From Nostoc sp. (GTDB lineage Bacteria > Cyanobacteriota > Cyanobacteriia > Cyanobacteriales > Nostocaceae), in assembly GCA_036918135.1 (NCBI GenBank), contig JBALDB010000048.1, positions 64,001 to 128,000 of the forward strand: a stretch of 64,000 nt of DNA. Reading direction: 5' to 3'. Both the position numbers and the translations under genes were made by a program. Positions 10,405-20,500 of the stretch are shown piece by piece. The number at the start of each line of letters is the position of its first letter. Positions within the stretch are counted from its first letter, which is position 1. Under the pieces are notes generated by a model. That model searched no databases. It worked only from the letters and a program-made list of their open reading frames with translations, and had not been told where the DNA came from.

Positions 10405-11144
10405 AAGTTTTATCGGGTATGCCTAAAAGTTATAGCTAGGATAATTATAAAGTATTGGACTTTACACGTGTATTCTATTACGCTCAAATCTTATAGGCCT
10501 AGATTTTTAGTAATTAAATTACGTTAGCTATTTTTCTGTTTTTATCTTTTAATTAGGGGAATATTATCCGAACAGTTCGGTCAATTTTTTGCCGATCGCT
10601 ACTCATCCAGTTCTTTTTAAAATATTATTTTACCTTGACCTATTTTTAACTTTCTTAGTTGAGAGACAATGTGTTTGCATTGAATATCCCAGGATTGACA
10701 ATTTTTAACGCTAAAAGATAGATGCAATAGTCAAATGTAGAGTACAAAAGAAAATACTCAATTCCTCAATTTGATTTGAGAATATACTTTTACCAGTAAA
10801 ACAACACTCAACAATGCTCTGTTAACTTATGAGTAAAAGTTTAAGAAAGTTAGCGAATTAATCGTTACTAATCAGTTAGTGCAGCCACTAATTTATTTTA
10901 AATATCACAATTAAATTTTTATAAAATCTGATTTTTTTAAAACACTTATTTTTGGGTAGACTAAAATTTTAAGTTTTTTAGTAGATTGATTTAGTATCAG
11001 AAGTACTGAATAGGTATGAAAGTCAAGATAGTTAGCAGTAAAAAGGTAATAAATATAAGAGAATGATTTTGAAATTTTACTGTTATTAACATACAAGGTT
11101 TTAATATAATTCTGGCAAATATAAATAGATATAGGCAAGCCAAA

Positions 11145-12071
11145 ATGGGGAAATCGATAAAAAGAGCAACCAGGTTGAAATTAGCAATTGATTTAAGAAG
11201 TTCTATTCTTCGTACCATTTGGTGGCGTGTAATAGCTACTATGATATTTGCTTTGATAATTGCGATCGCCTATCACAAAGGATTTATTGTAAACCTACCC
11301 CATGAAGCTAGTTTAATCCCTGGAGTCATCCTTGGGCTTTTACTAGTTTTCAGAACTAATACAGCTTATGAAAGATTTTGGGAAGCTTGTAAAATTTGGC
11401 ATGACTTACTCAATGCTAGTCGTATTTTATGCCGAAATATTTGGACAATTATTCTGGTAAACGATCCAGAAGATTTGAGTATAAAAATATTTAGTCTGAA
11501 ATTGGTAGGAATATTAATAATAGCAATTAAATTACATTTGAGAAATGAAAATCTAGATTATACAATTGAACAAGCACTTACTAAAGAGCAGTATTTAGAA
11601 TTAAAGCAAGCTCATAACAGACCAATAAAAATTATTAATTGGTTTGCCGAGTATTTTGGACATCTTTATCACATCCAAAAATTAATGCCATATTTATTGT
11701 TTGTAGAATTAAATCGTTCTTTAGACAAAATAACAATGTTATTTAGTGGTTGCGAACTAATTTTACAAACACCCCTACCTAGACTTTATTCAATTTATTT
11801 AAAATATTTATTATTGTTATATTGTTTTGCTTTATCTTTTGAAGTTGTACAACAGTTAGACTGGTTCACTATCCCGACTGTAGGAATTATTAGCTTTGCA
11901 TTATTAGGAATAGAAGATATTGGGATGAAACTTGAAAATCCTTTTATTTACGAACTCAAGGAATTACCTTTAGATAGTTTTTGCCAAAAGCTACAAGATG
12001 AAATTGAAATAGAGTGGATTAGCTGTGAGCAAAATCAATTTTCTTCAAAAATAAACTTTAAAGAAGAATAG
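11145..12071 (+). CDS. Bestrophin-family (YneE-like) channel
   Basis: LLVFRTNTAYERFWE and LENPF motifs, TM segments; AT-rich. Confidence 0.85.
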   Translation: MGKSIKRATRLKLAIDLRSSILRTIWWRVIATMIFALIIAIAYHKGFIVNLPHEASLIPGVILGLLLVFRTNTAYERFWEACKIWHDLLNASRILCRNIWTIILVNDPEDLSIKIFSLKLVGILIIAIKLHLRNENLDYTIEQALTKEQYLELKQAHNRPIKIINWFAEYFGHLYHIQKLMPYLLFVELNRSLDKITMLFSGCELILQTPLPRLYSIYLKYLLLLYCFALSFEVVQQLDWFTIPTVGIISFALLGIEDIGMKLENPFIYELKELPLDSFCQKLQDEIEIEWISCEQNQFSSKINFKEE

Positions 12072-12219
12072 CGATCGCTCCAACCAATCTAGGTTATTTA
12101 CAGCAGATTTCAAGTTGCTCGACTAGCCAATAAATCTCAAAACCAGGTATCAACTGTGTTTGACAAAAAATAGGGTGTGGGATGTAAGTTTAAAAATAAA
12201 AAATTTTACCTGATGTCCA

Positions 12220-13377
12220 TTAAACCTTAATTCTTGCAAACAAAGATTCGTATTGTTTGGTTGCTGATGGAGATAAGGGAAGCAAAAATTCGCTTCTATC
12301 TAAAACTGAGCGATCGCTTTGTAATAAACTTAGTAATGGCTTTTGGATATCGGAAGCGGTAATATTTGTAGAAATTGGAGAATTACTTTTAGTTAATAGA
12401 GAAATTTGCTTAGCAGTGTTTGGTTGCCAACAAAAATCAATCCATCTATCTGATAAAGTATTTATACCAACCCCTGCTGGACGTACCCATAAGTCTGCCC
12501 AAATTGCCGTTCCTGACTGGGGAATAACCGCTACCAGTTGGGGATAACGTCCCAAAATTGGTAATACATCGCTTGACCAACCGACTGCTAGCCAAGTATC
12601 TCCGATAATTAGAGGTTCTAAGTAGTCAATGGAACTATAGAACTTTACTTGTTGGTTTAATGTTTGTAATTCCTTTTCCAAGGCTGGCACTTGGTCAAGA
12701 TTTTCAGTATTGTAAGATTTTCCTAGCTTCTTTAAAACCAAACCAATAACTTCTCGTGGTTGATTGAGTAGGGAAATCCGTTGCTGCAAACCATCTCGCC
12801 ACAAATCACTCCAATCTGTGGGCGTCCATCCCAATTGTCGCAACTTATCACGGTTATAAACAATCACTGTGCTACCCCAGCGATAAGGCGCACCCCAGAT
12901 TTTTGCTTGAGTATCCAGGTCACCTTGGTCGTTGCGCGTCACCAATTTTTTCCATTTTTCATCTAAAGCAGACCATTGCTTTAATTGGTTTGCTTGTAAC
13001 TCTTGCAGTGGTTGAATCAATTTCTGTTCGATAGCTGCTTTTAGCCAATAATCTCCCAATGTTACTAGGTCGGCAGGAGGAGTTTTTCCATCTTGCCTAA
13101 AGGGTATGAAACGACGCCATCCTTGCTCATCATTGGCTTTTGGTTTCTGCTGCCAATTTTGCAATTGCCCAAATAAATCCTCTATCTGCTTCACAGGAGC
13201 AAACTTCAACTCCACCTGCTGCTGCAAACCTTTGTGGAATTGATTAACCACCTGACCTGGTATCGAACCTTTTAATAACTGTACTTTTAATTGAGCCTGC
13301 TTGTTTCCACCACAGCCAAAAAGCAGTTGTGAAGTTGTCAGCGTACTTATACCTAGTAAAAAAGACCGTCGATCCAT
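12220..13377 (-). CDS. ABC transporter solute-binding lipoprotein (PotD/PotF-like), Tat signal
   Basis: MDRRSFL twin-Arg, LFGC lipobox, PYRWGSTVIVYN. Confidence 0.88.
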   Translation of the reverse strand: MDRRSFLLGISTLTTSQLLFGCGGNKQAQLKVQLLKGSIPGQVVNQFHKGLQQQVELKFAPVKQIEDLFGQLQNWQQKPKANDEQGWRRFIPFRQDGKTPPADLVTLGDYWLKAAIEQKLIQPLQELQANQLKQWSALDEKWKKLVTRNDQGDLDTQAKIWGAPYRWGSTVIVYNRDKLRQLGWTPTDWSDLWRDGLQQRISLLNQPREVIGLVLKKLGKSYNTENLDQVPALEKELQTLNQQVKFYSSIDYLEPLIIGDTWLAVGWSSDVLPILGRYPQLVAVIPQSGTAIWADLWVRPAGVGINTLSDRWIDFCWQPNTAKQISLLTKSNSPISTNITASDIQKPLLSLLQSDRSVLDRSEFLLPLSPSATKQYESLFARIKV

Positions 13378-13731
13378 TGATTTTGGATTTGAGATTTCTA
13401 ATTATACCTATATTAAGCAGATATTCACGAGAGAGTAACTGTCTCGAAAGTAGAGTTGTAAAATTTTCAGCGTTTTTTGTTTGTAATAACCATAAATCTG
13501 AACATTCGACTCAAATAGCGAGTTTTTATGTAAATGACTACCTCTAGACTGATTTTTCTCAACAAATTTGCTTAGTCGTACTTATACTAAATCTTGACTT
13601 AATATTTAGAAGTAATGATTTAAATGTCACATTGCCACAAAAAATATGAATACTTAAATAATCCATAAGTATAGTTAAGATTGTCAGTAAATTGAATAAC
13701 ATAGAAGACAATGTGCCAACGAGGGTATTGA

Positions 13732-14106
13732 ATGGAGCCATTACAAAAGCAAATCTTGATTTTGAGCCAAAAACTGGATGCCCTCTGCCAAGTAATTGAG
13801 CAGCTTGACATAAAAGTAGCTCAAACTTATTCAGAGTGTTCCTTAGCGAATACACAAGCAAAGAATAATTCTCAGGAAAATAACGGTACTGGAGGAAACC
13901 AGTTCAAAGGACGTATCAATTCAAATTCAGAAATGGAACATAAGGATGTATTAACAGATGGCATTTATATAGACATGCATCGTCAGGGTGGAGATAATAA
14001 CTTAACACCCGAAGTTCAAATACAACGACTCACAGCGCAATTAACAGCAGCATATAATCGGATTGCTGCCTTGGAAGAACAATTACTTAGAGAAAGAATT
14101 CATTAA
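13732..14106 (+). CDS. Hypothetical coiled-coil protein
   Basis: Heptad-rich N- and C-termini (EVQIQRLTAQLTAAYNRIAALEEQLL); followed by a terminator. Confidence 0.75.
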   Translation: MEPLQKQILILSQKLDALCQVIEQLDIKVAQTYSECSLANTQAKNNSQENNGTGGNQFKGRINSNSEMEHKDVLTDGIYIDMHRQGGDNNLTPEVQIQRLTAQLTAAYNRIAALEEQLLRERIH

Positions 14107-14135
14107 TTCAGTCAATATTCATAAGTTCAAATATT

Positions 14136-14161
14136 AACCGGAGCTTAAGAAGTTTCCGGTT
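14136..14161. terminator. Hairpin between convergent genes
   Basis: AACCGGAGCTT-AAG-AAGTTTCCGGTT followed by a T run. Confidence 0.65.
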
Positions 14162-14164
14162 TTG

Positions 14165-15361
14165 TTATTGGTAATTAACCAAGCTCAGCCGTTCGAGTTG
14201 GGCTTCAATTGCTGCTAAAAGTTGGTGTTGCTGCCAATCTTGGCTAAGATGGGCAGCGATGGAAGCTGCTCCAGCACCCATACCTTCTTTGACAAAGCCC
14301 TGCTCATAAGCTCTGAGTTGGGGATAACGAGAATCACTAAAGTTGAGAGCAGTTGCTAAAAGGGGAGGAGTTGCTGCAATCTGTGTTGAACTGCCTTTAC
14401 TAAAGCTCAGGGCTAAGTCAACAGTAGCGCCAGTAGGATCTTCTGCCACCCAGCGGGTTGTACCTACAACTACTTGTTCTGGCTGCCATGAAAAAGCGTA
14501 AGCTTGAGCGATCGCACTCATTAGCGCATAAACCGCCAGCATTTGCGTCCCTCCAGCCAGCAGGACACCACAACTGCGACTAGCAGCGATCGCCATTCCA
14601 GCCACCACCACTTGCATCGGATCGCCCACAGCAGCGACGAGTTTTAGAGGATCTACAGAATTTGGGATTGGAAATTGGAAGTTTATCTCCTCCTGCCCCC
14701 TGCCCCCCTGCTCCCTGCTTTCCCTCATCCTCTCCAATCCAGCTTGTACTAATGTCCACTTTTGCGTGTGGTTACAAACAGGGTGGCTACTGTTAACTTT
14801 TCCCGCAGCTTCTATACCTAAACCAGTTAAAATTGCCAAAGCAGTTGTAGTGCCTCCAACGACGCACTCACCGATAATCAGATATCCCTGTTGAATATTG
14901 GCAGCAAGGCGTTCTCCCCAAAGCAGCCCTTGTTTAAGCAAGTGATGCACCGTTGTGATTTCCATAGCATTACCTCCACTTAAGCACTTAGCCCAAGTGC
15001 CACCCAAATCAATTACTGGTACAGCAGGAGCCTGAGGTAAGCCAGCATTAAACAAATGCATTGGTATTTTTAATGACTCAAATACAGCACGAGAAATCAA
15101 CACAGGGGAAGCCCCAGCTGCCAATGGTGGTAATGGATATTGGGGCTTATGTTCTGCCCCATAATACAAAAACTCCGCATCAGCACAAGCAGTATATTTT
15201 CGATCCTCTGGAGTGCGACCTGCTGCTGAAATTCCTGGAATCAAACCAGTTTCAGTAAATCCTAAAACACAGGCAAATACAGGCAGACAACTACGATACC
15301 GTCGCAACCATTCTTCAGCCTGTTTTTTTTGAGTATAAATACGAATTTGGGAATTGGGCAT
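14165..15361 (-). CDS. cobT: NaMN:DMB phosphoribosyltransferase (CobT, cyanobacterial/archaeal type)
   Basis: IPGISAAG, GECVVGGTTTA, AGGTQM, YEQGFVKEGMGAG; start uncertain (ATG 15361 chosen). Confidence 0.88.
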   Translation of the reverse strand: MPNSQIRIYTQKKQAEEWLRRYRSCLPVFACVLGFTETGLIPGISAAGRTPEDRKYTACADAEFLYYGAEHKPQYPLPPLAAGASPVLISRAVFESLKIPMHLFNAGLPQAPAVPVIDLGGTWAKCLSGGNAMEITTVHHLLKQGLLWGERLAANIQQGYLIIGECVVGGTTTALAILTGLGIEAAGKVNSSHPVCNHTQKWTLVQAGLERMRESREQGGRGQEEINFQFPIPNSVDPLKLVAAVGDPMQVVVAGMAIAASRSCGVLLAGGTQMLAVYALMSAIAQAYAFSWQPEQVVVGTTRWVAEDPTGATVDLALSFSKGSSTQIAATPPLLATALNFSDSRYPQLRAYEQGFVKEGMGAGAASIAAHLSQDWQQHQLLAAIEAQLERLSLVNYQ

Positions 15362-15503
15362 GGGGCATAGGGCGTAGAAAGAGGGGGAGCAGGGGAGGCA
15401 GGGGGAGAAATAATACCAATTCAAAATTCACGCATTAAGAAAGCCAAACAGAACAAAGGTATGTCCGTATGTATCTGTCGCATTCTTATTTCAAATTGGT
15501 ATA

Positions 15504-15541
15504 ACTAATGACTAATGACCAATGACCAATGACTAATGACT
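15504..15541. repeat. STRR heptamer array (Y)AATGAC
   Basis: taatgac taatgac caatgac caatgac taatgac; same family at 22397-22420 (reverse) and 48533-48560. Confidence 0.85.
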
Positions 15542-16277
15542 ATCCTTCATAATCCATGAGGACTTGCACCCAGTGTGGTGGGCGGGAAATGGGGTTGCCC
15601 AGGCGGTCAAAAAGCAGCCATGCTGCTAGGTGTACTACAAAAAGATAGATAAAGTTATTGAGTACAATCAAAGCGATCGCCCCTATTTGAATTAAAAACA
15701 CACTGGGACTCGCCAATAAACTCAGCTGCAAAAATACCCACTCGATAAAGTCACTCACCTGGGTAATCACATAAATCCAGAGGTCTTCACCTGACAACAC
15801 AGACAATAACCACAACCGAAAAAATACTCCTAAAGTACCCAATAGCGTACCTAAGGTGATGGAAACAATCCAGGGAACACGACGACGATACCATGCTGCC
15901 CCCAAAAGCACGCCCATAAATCCGTAGGGCATGACAAACAGCAAACTGCGGGCTGGCCCCATCAGTACCGTCAGCAGTAATCCAGAAGTGAGTGCTGCCA
16001 TCCATGCTGCTCGTTTGTCCCAACGGAGATAAACTAAAGCGATCGGCACTGGAAAAAATATCCGCAAAACTGGCCCCAAGGGAAAATAAAAATTAATAAA
16101 CCAAATTAGGCTAGCAGTACTGGCTAAAAAGGCTGTTTCCACCAACCTTAAGGGTGTATCAGCCTTGAGTTGAGGACGGGTTAGCTGTTGTTTGTCTAAC
16201 CAATGATTAGCAGCAGTTTCAGATTCCGGCGCTGGTTCGTCCTCTGGCTCATCTGGCAGAGAATTTAAAATGCTCAT
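15540..16277 (-). CDS. DUF2232-family membrane protein
   Basis: LVETAFLAS, FFPVPIAL, multiple TM helices; sits between crp and cobT. Confidence 0.8.
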   Translation of the reverse strand: MSILNSLPDEPEDEPAPESETAANHWLDKQQLTRPQLKADTPLRLVETAFLASTASLIWFINFYFPLGPVLRIFFPVPIALVYLRWDKRAAWMAALTSGLLLTVLMGPARSLLFVMPYGFMGVLLGAAWYRRRVPWIVSITLGTLLGTLGVFFRLWLLSVLSGEDLWIYVITQVSDFIEWVFLQLSLLASPSVFLIQIGAIALIVLNNFIYLFVVHLAAWLLFDRLGNPISRPPHWVQVLMDYEG

Positions 16278-16291
16278 ATTTTGACAAGTCG

Positions 16292-16957
16292 TTAAACTAT
16301 CATCCTTTCCAAGGCTGACATATCAGGAATACAGATAATATCTTGATCCCGTTTAATCAAGCCTTTTTTTTCTAGCCTTGTCAATACTCGCGTCACCGTT
16401 TCCCTTGCCAGTCCGCTCAAACTGCTCAATTCCCGATGAGGTAAATTCGGGATTTCAGTTCCTGTTTGCCCTTTTTTTCCCTGTCCTTCTGCTAAAAACA
16501 GCAATGTATCTGCTACCCGCGACTGACTATGAGATTCCCGCAAGCGTAATCGCCGATTCACTTGCTGCAAACGCTCTGCCATCAGTTTTGCTAATCGCAG
16601 TCCTGCCAAGGGTTCTATTTTAAGTAAATTACTAAAATCTGTAGCAGGCATACTACCAATTACTGTTGGGGTGAGGGTAATCACATCAGTGGTTCGACGC
16701 TTTTCACTCAGAACTGCCATTTCACCAAACAATTCCTCTTTGCCAAGAATATTCAGTGTTACCTCTTTCCCTTCTAAATTATAAGTACGAATTTTTACCC
16801 ATCCCTGTTTGAGAAAATACACAGCACCACCCCAGTCATTTTCTAATACAATCACTTGATTAGCTGGGTGAGTGCGGGTTACAAGATGGGTTAGGGCTGC
16901 TTCTACAACTGCTTCTGGCAAACCCTGAAAAAAGGAGGGCACATATCGGTCTTCCAT
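16292..16957 (-). CDS. Crp/Fnr regulator, SyCRP1/AnCrpA-like cAMP receptor protein
   Basis: cNMP domain (GWVKIR, FGEMA, RxTDV) and HTH (LSGLARETVTRVL). Confidence 0.9.
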   Translation of the reverse strand: MEDRYVPSFFQGLPEAVVEAALTHLVTRTHPANQVIVLENDWGGAVYFLKQGWVKIRTYNLEGKEVTLNILGKEELFGEMAVLSEKRRTTDVITLTPTVIGSMPATDFSNLLKIEPLAGLRLAKLMAERLQQVNRRLRLRESHSQSRVADTLLFLAEGQGKKGQTGTEIPNLPHRELSSLSGLARETVTRVLTRLEKKGLIKRDQDIICIPDMSALERMIV

Positions 16958-17507
16958 TAGGACATTTTTTATCAAGCTGCTATATACACACGACATACAA
17001 GAGCATTCTTTTGAGCCTAAGCTATCAAAGTACAGCCCCCTTTAAACAATAAAAATAACCTATGCTTCACAACAAAGCGATCGGAGCATTTTTCTCAACA
17101 ATCTTTACCTATGGGTTTAAATAAAGTAAAAGTTTTGCAAAAACTAGTTTATAACCTGCCGAAGTATCGCTTAGGGGGTAGCTGCACTGCAAACTTGATT
17201 ACTCTTGATTACTTAAAAATATAGGCAAACAACATTCATCATACTCAAGCTAGTAAATTATTGCTCACATATTTTAGCGGTTTTGAGCAATCAAGCTAAG
17301 CTTGGTGAACAAACACTGACTGAAGATTGCCACTCCTGCCAGTAATCCATAACATAATGACAGTCACAAGTCCAAGTAGCGGCTTTTGCCACTCAAAACT
17401 TTTCCGATGGTGGACGCTCTTGCTAGCTTGCTTAAGAGTAGGGGTACGGTGATTGTAAAGTAATTGTCACACTAGTTGACGTACAGTTCTAGTTAAGGTG
17501 ATGAAAA

Positions 17508-20500
17508 GTGACTTCCAGTGCAGATGAAATTCAAAAATTGATCGCAGATATTGACAACTTACTTGCCAATGGTGGCAAGCGCCTGTCTAGATTTTTGTCT
17601 GGTCAGGGACAAGAACCTAAAGAGCTATTAGAACGAATTCGCGACTTTTTGATCGGGCTACAAGAAAAAGCAGTATTAGAAGGCAGTATTGAAAATCAGT
17701 CATTGAGAGAGCCGCATTCGCCTTTGTTAAAAAAATTTGTCGATCAAAGTCATAACCAGCTTTTACTACCACCGTCTGAATCTACTCAAGAATACAGTAC
17801 TGTTGAGGCAGGAGAATTAAAAACTGAATTTTCTAGACTGATACAGCCCTTACGAGCAGAATTAGAAGGACTATTACAAGAACGAGCCACTCTCGTACAA
17901 GAAATTCGGCAGCTAGAGCAAAAGCGATTGCAAAACTACTCTCTAGCGCAGCAGTTGACAAACCAAGAGCAGATGATTACCGAGTTTTTACAGGTACTCA
18001 TGAGTCGCCTTGTGCCAAGTTTCACGCCATTGGTAACACCAACTTCCGCAAATTCCCCAAGTTCTTCTGGAGAAATTAATCGCAGCAACTCAGAATCAGT
18101 AACTTTTGCAACTCAACCCTTTTTAGAATCCCCAGACCGTGTAGAGCAATTAAGCCAGCTGGCTCAAGATTTAGATCGACGCCTGTTATCACTAGATGGG
18201 ACTGTGAATGTTGTCTTTGAGGCATTACAACACAACATTAATACCTATTACGAGTCCTTATCGCAAGCACTGGCAAGAATGCATAGCAAGGGAATACAGG
18301 GCGAACAGTTGATAGCTAGCTTTCTCAACAATTTGACCCAGTATTTGCAGCAACAATCCCCTACTGAATCATCTTTATTGGGAGTAGAAGCTGAAACATT
18401 ACCTGAATTACTGGCTCAGCCAACTGATATCAATGCCGAAGCTCCCCTCCAACTCTTAGAACTGATACAGCCAGAAACTTCAACAATCAATTCTGAGCAA
18501 CAGAATACCACCCTCACAGAAGATTTAGATGCAGTGCTGTTACAGCTTGGCTTAGACTCGTCTCCATCTTCTGAAAGTCCAGTTGAATTACCAGAAGATA
18601 TTTCTACCTTAATTGCGGATGAAGTAGACCAACTTTATGCCAGTTTGTTTGGTACTGGTAATTCACCAACTTCTGTTACAACTTCTCCATCAACCTTGAA
18701 TATTCCTGAGGAAATGCCTGTTGTGCCTGCAACTGAGGCTGAGGAGATTATGACACATGATACATCCCTTGCTCAGGTAGACACAGATGTTGTTGATGTC
18801 AGCAATGCCCAAGCTGCCGTAGAAACAACAGATTCAAAAGAAGGACTATTTTTTGCAGAAGATACTAACCTAGCCTCAGCACCAGAAACGGCAACAAACA
18901 GTTTGCTTGTGCAAAACACTCAGCCAGAAGTTGCTGACACAATTAATACCTTGACTGATTTATTGCCTGATGTCGGTACTGAAGAAGTTTTGGAAGTACC
19001 CTCGTCTGTGAATAATGCCACAACTACGGCATCAGTCACTCCAGAAATACCAGAAATTGCGATCGCCATAAATCCCACAGACGACCGCCAAGAATCTGCT
19101 TTAGATAACTATATTCCAGCTTCCCCACAAGAAAACTTACTTAGTTTAGAGTCAAATCAGGTTCCAGTCATCCCTGATATTTCCTTAAATGAAGAACAGT
19201 TGCAGCAATTAGACCGGGATTTGACTAATTTCGCTCGACAGCTAAATTCTGAGTTGCAACCAGCTACTAACTTAGATATTTCCTTAGATGTTGGTAAAAC
19301 TCAAGACACAATCTCTACAGTTTCCCCTGAGCAACAATCAGAAAATCTGCAAATAGCAACAAACAGTTTGGTAGTTCCTCAGGAAGAAACTAACTTAGAT
19401 TTAGACTTAAAAACTGAAGAAAAGCAACAGACAACTTCTGTTGTAGAAAGTTCTTTAGCTGCAAATTCTAACTTCATAAACAATACAGAGGTTTCAGCCG
19501 ACGTTCTCCAATCAGTCTGGTATTTAGGAATAGATTTGGGTACAACAGGAATTTCCGCCACATTGTTAAATAGTTCTTCTTTAGTTGTACATCCTATCTA
19601 CTGGTCAGCAGAAAACCCACCGGGAACAACTTCTTTCCAGCAATCATTTCGTTTACCAACAGAGGTTTATCTGCCCACAGCTTCCGTACCTCACGGTGAA
19701 AATGAAAGTATCGAAGCACACGAGCAGACAGCACCAGCGGCTGTTGCCCAAGAAAAGAATCCTGCACCATCAAGAGCAACAGCAGATTCGACAAACAATC
19801 TTTACTCAGCACAGTTGAAGCCTTATTTACAAGTAGCCATTCCTTACAAGAGCGAACGGCAAAAATGGGAACCTGTTTTACAATTAAATGAATTTTCGGC
19901 AGGGCCATTAATTTGGGTTGTGCGATCGCTCTCGAAGCTACTGTTAACTCTCAAGTGCGATCGAGCTAGTACTACTCCTAGTTTAATTGCTGTTGCTGTT
20001 GGAATTAGCGAACAAAATTTTTCTCAGATTATTAATAATATTGCTGGTGTAATTTGCACTTGTCCATCTAGTTGGTCAGAACAATATCGCTTCAATGTCA
20101 GAGAAGCTGTACTCACCAGCAAACTGATTCAACATCCCCAGCAAGTCTTTTTTATCGAAGAAGCGATCGCTAGTTTACTCCCGGAACTCGATGCCGCTAA
20201 CGGTGAACCAATAAAATTAAAATTAAGCCAAGGTGAAGATTCTCATCCGGCAAAAACCAGCGAACATTCCCTTGTGGGTAACACTCTGGTGATTAATATT
20301 GGCACAACTGCTACAGAAATGTTGCTAGTCGATGTACCAGAAACCCTGGTGCAATTGACATACAATGATTTCATGCTCCACAGTTTTGCCTATGCCGGCA
20401 AGGGAATTGAACAAGACATTATCTGTCAGCTGCTTTTACCACCTAAATCTCGGCAATCACGTTTAGAAACCCAAAGCGAAAGCAAAACTGCCACAACTAA

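Noticed and set aside
10911..11218. Short hydrophobic minus-strand ORFs upstream of bestrophin
   Set aside because: Typical chance ORFs of AT-rich DNA with no recognisable motif
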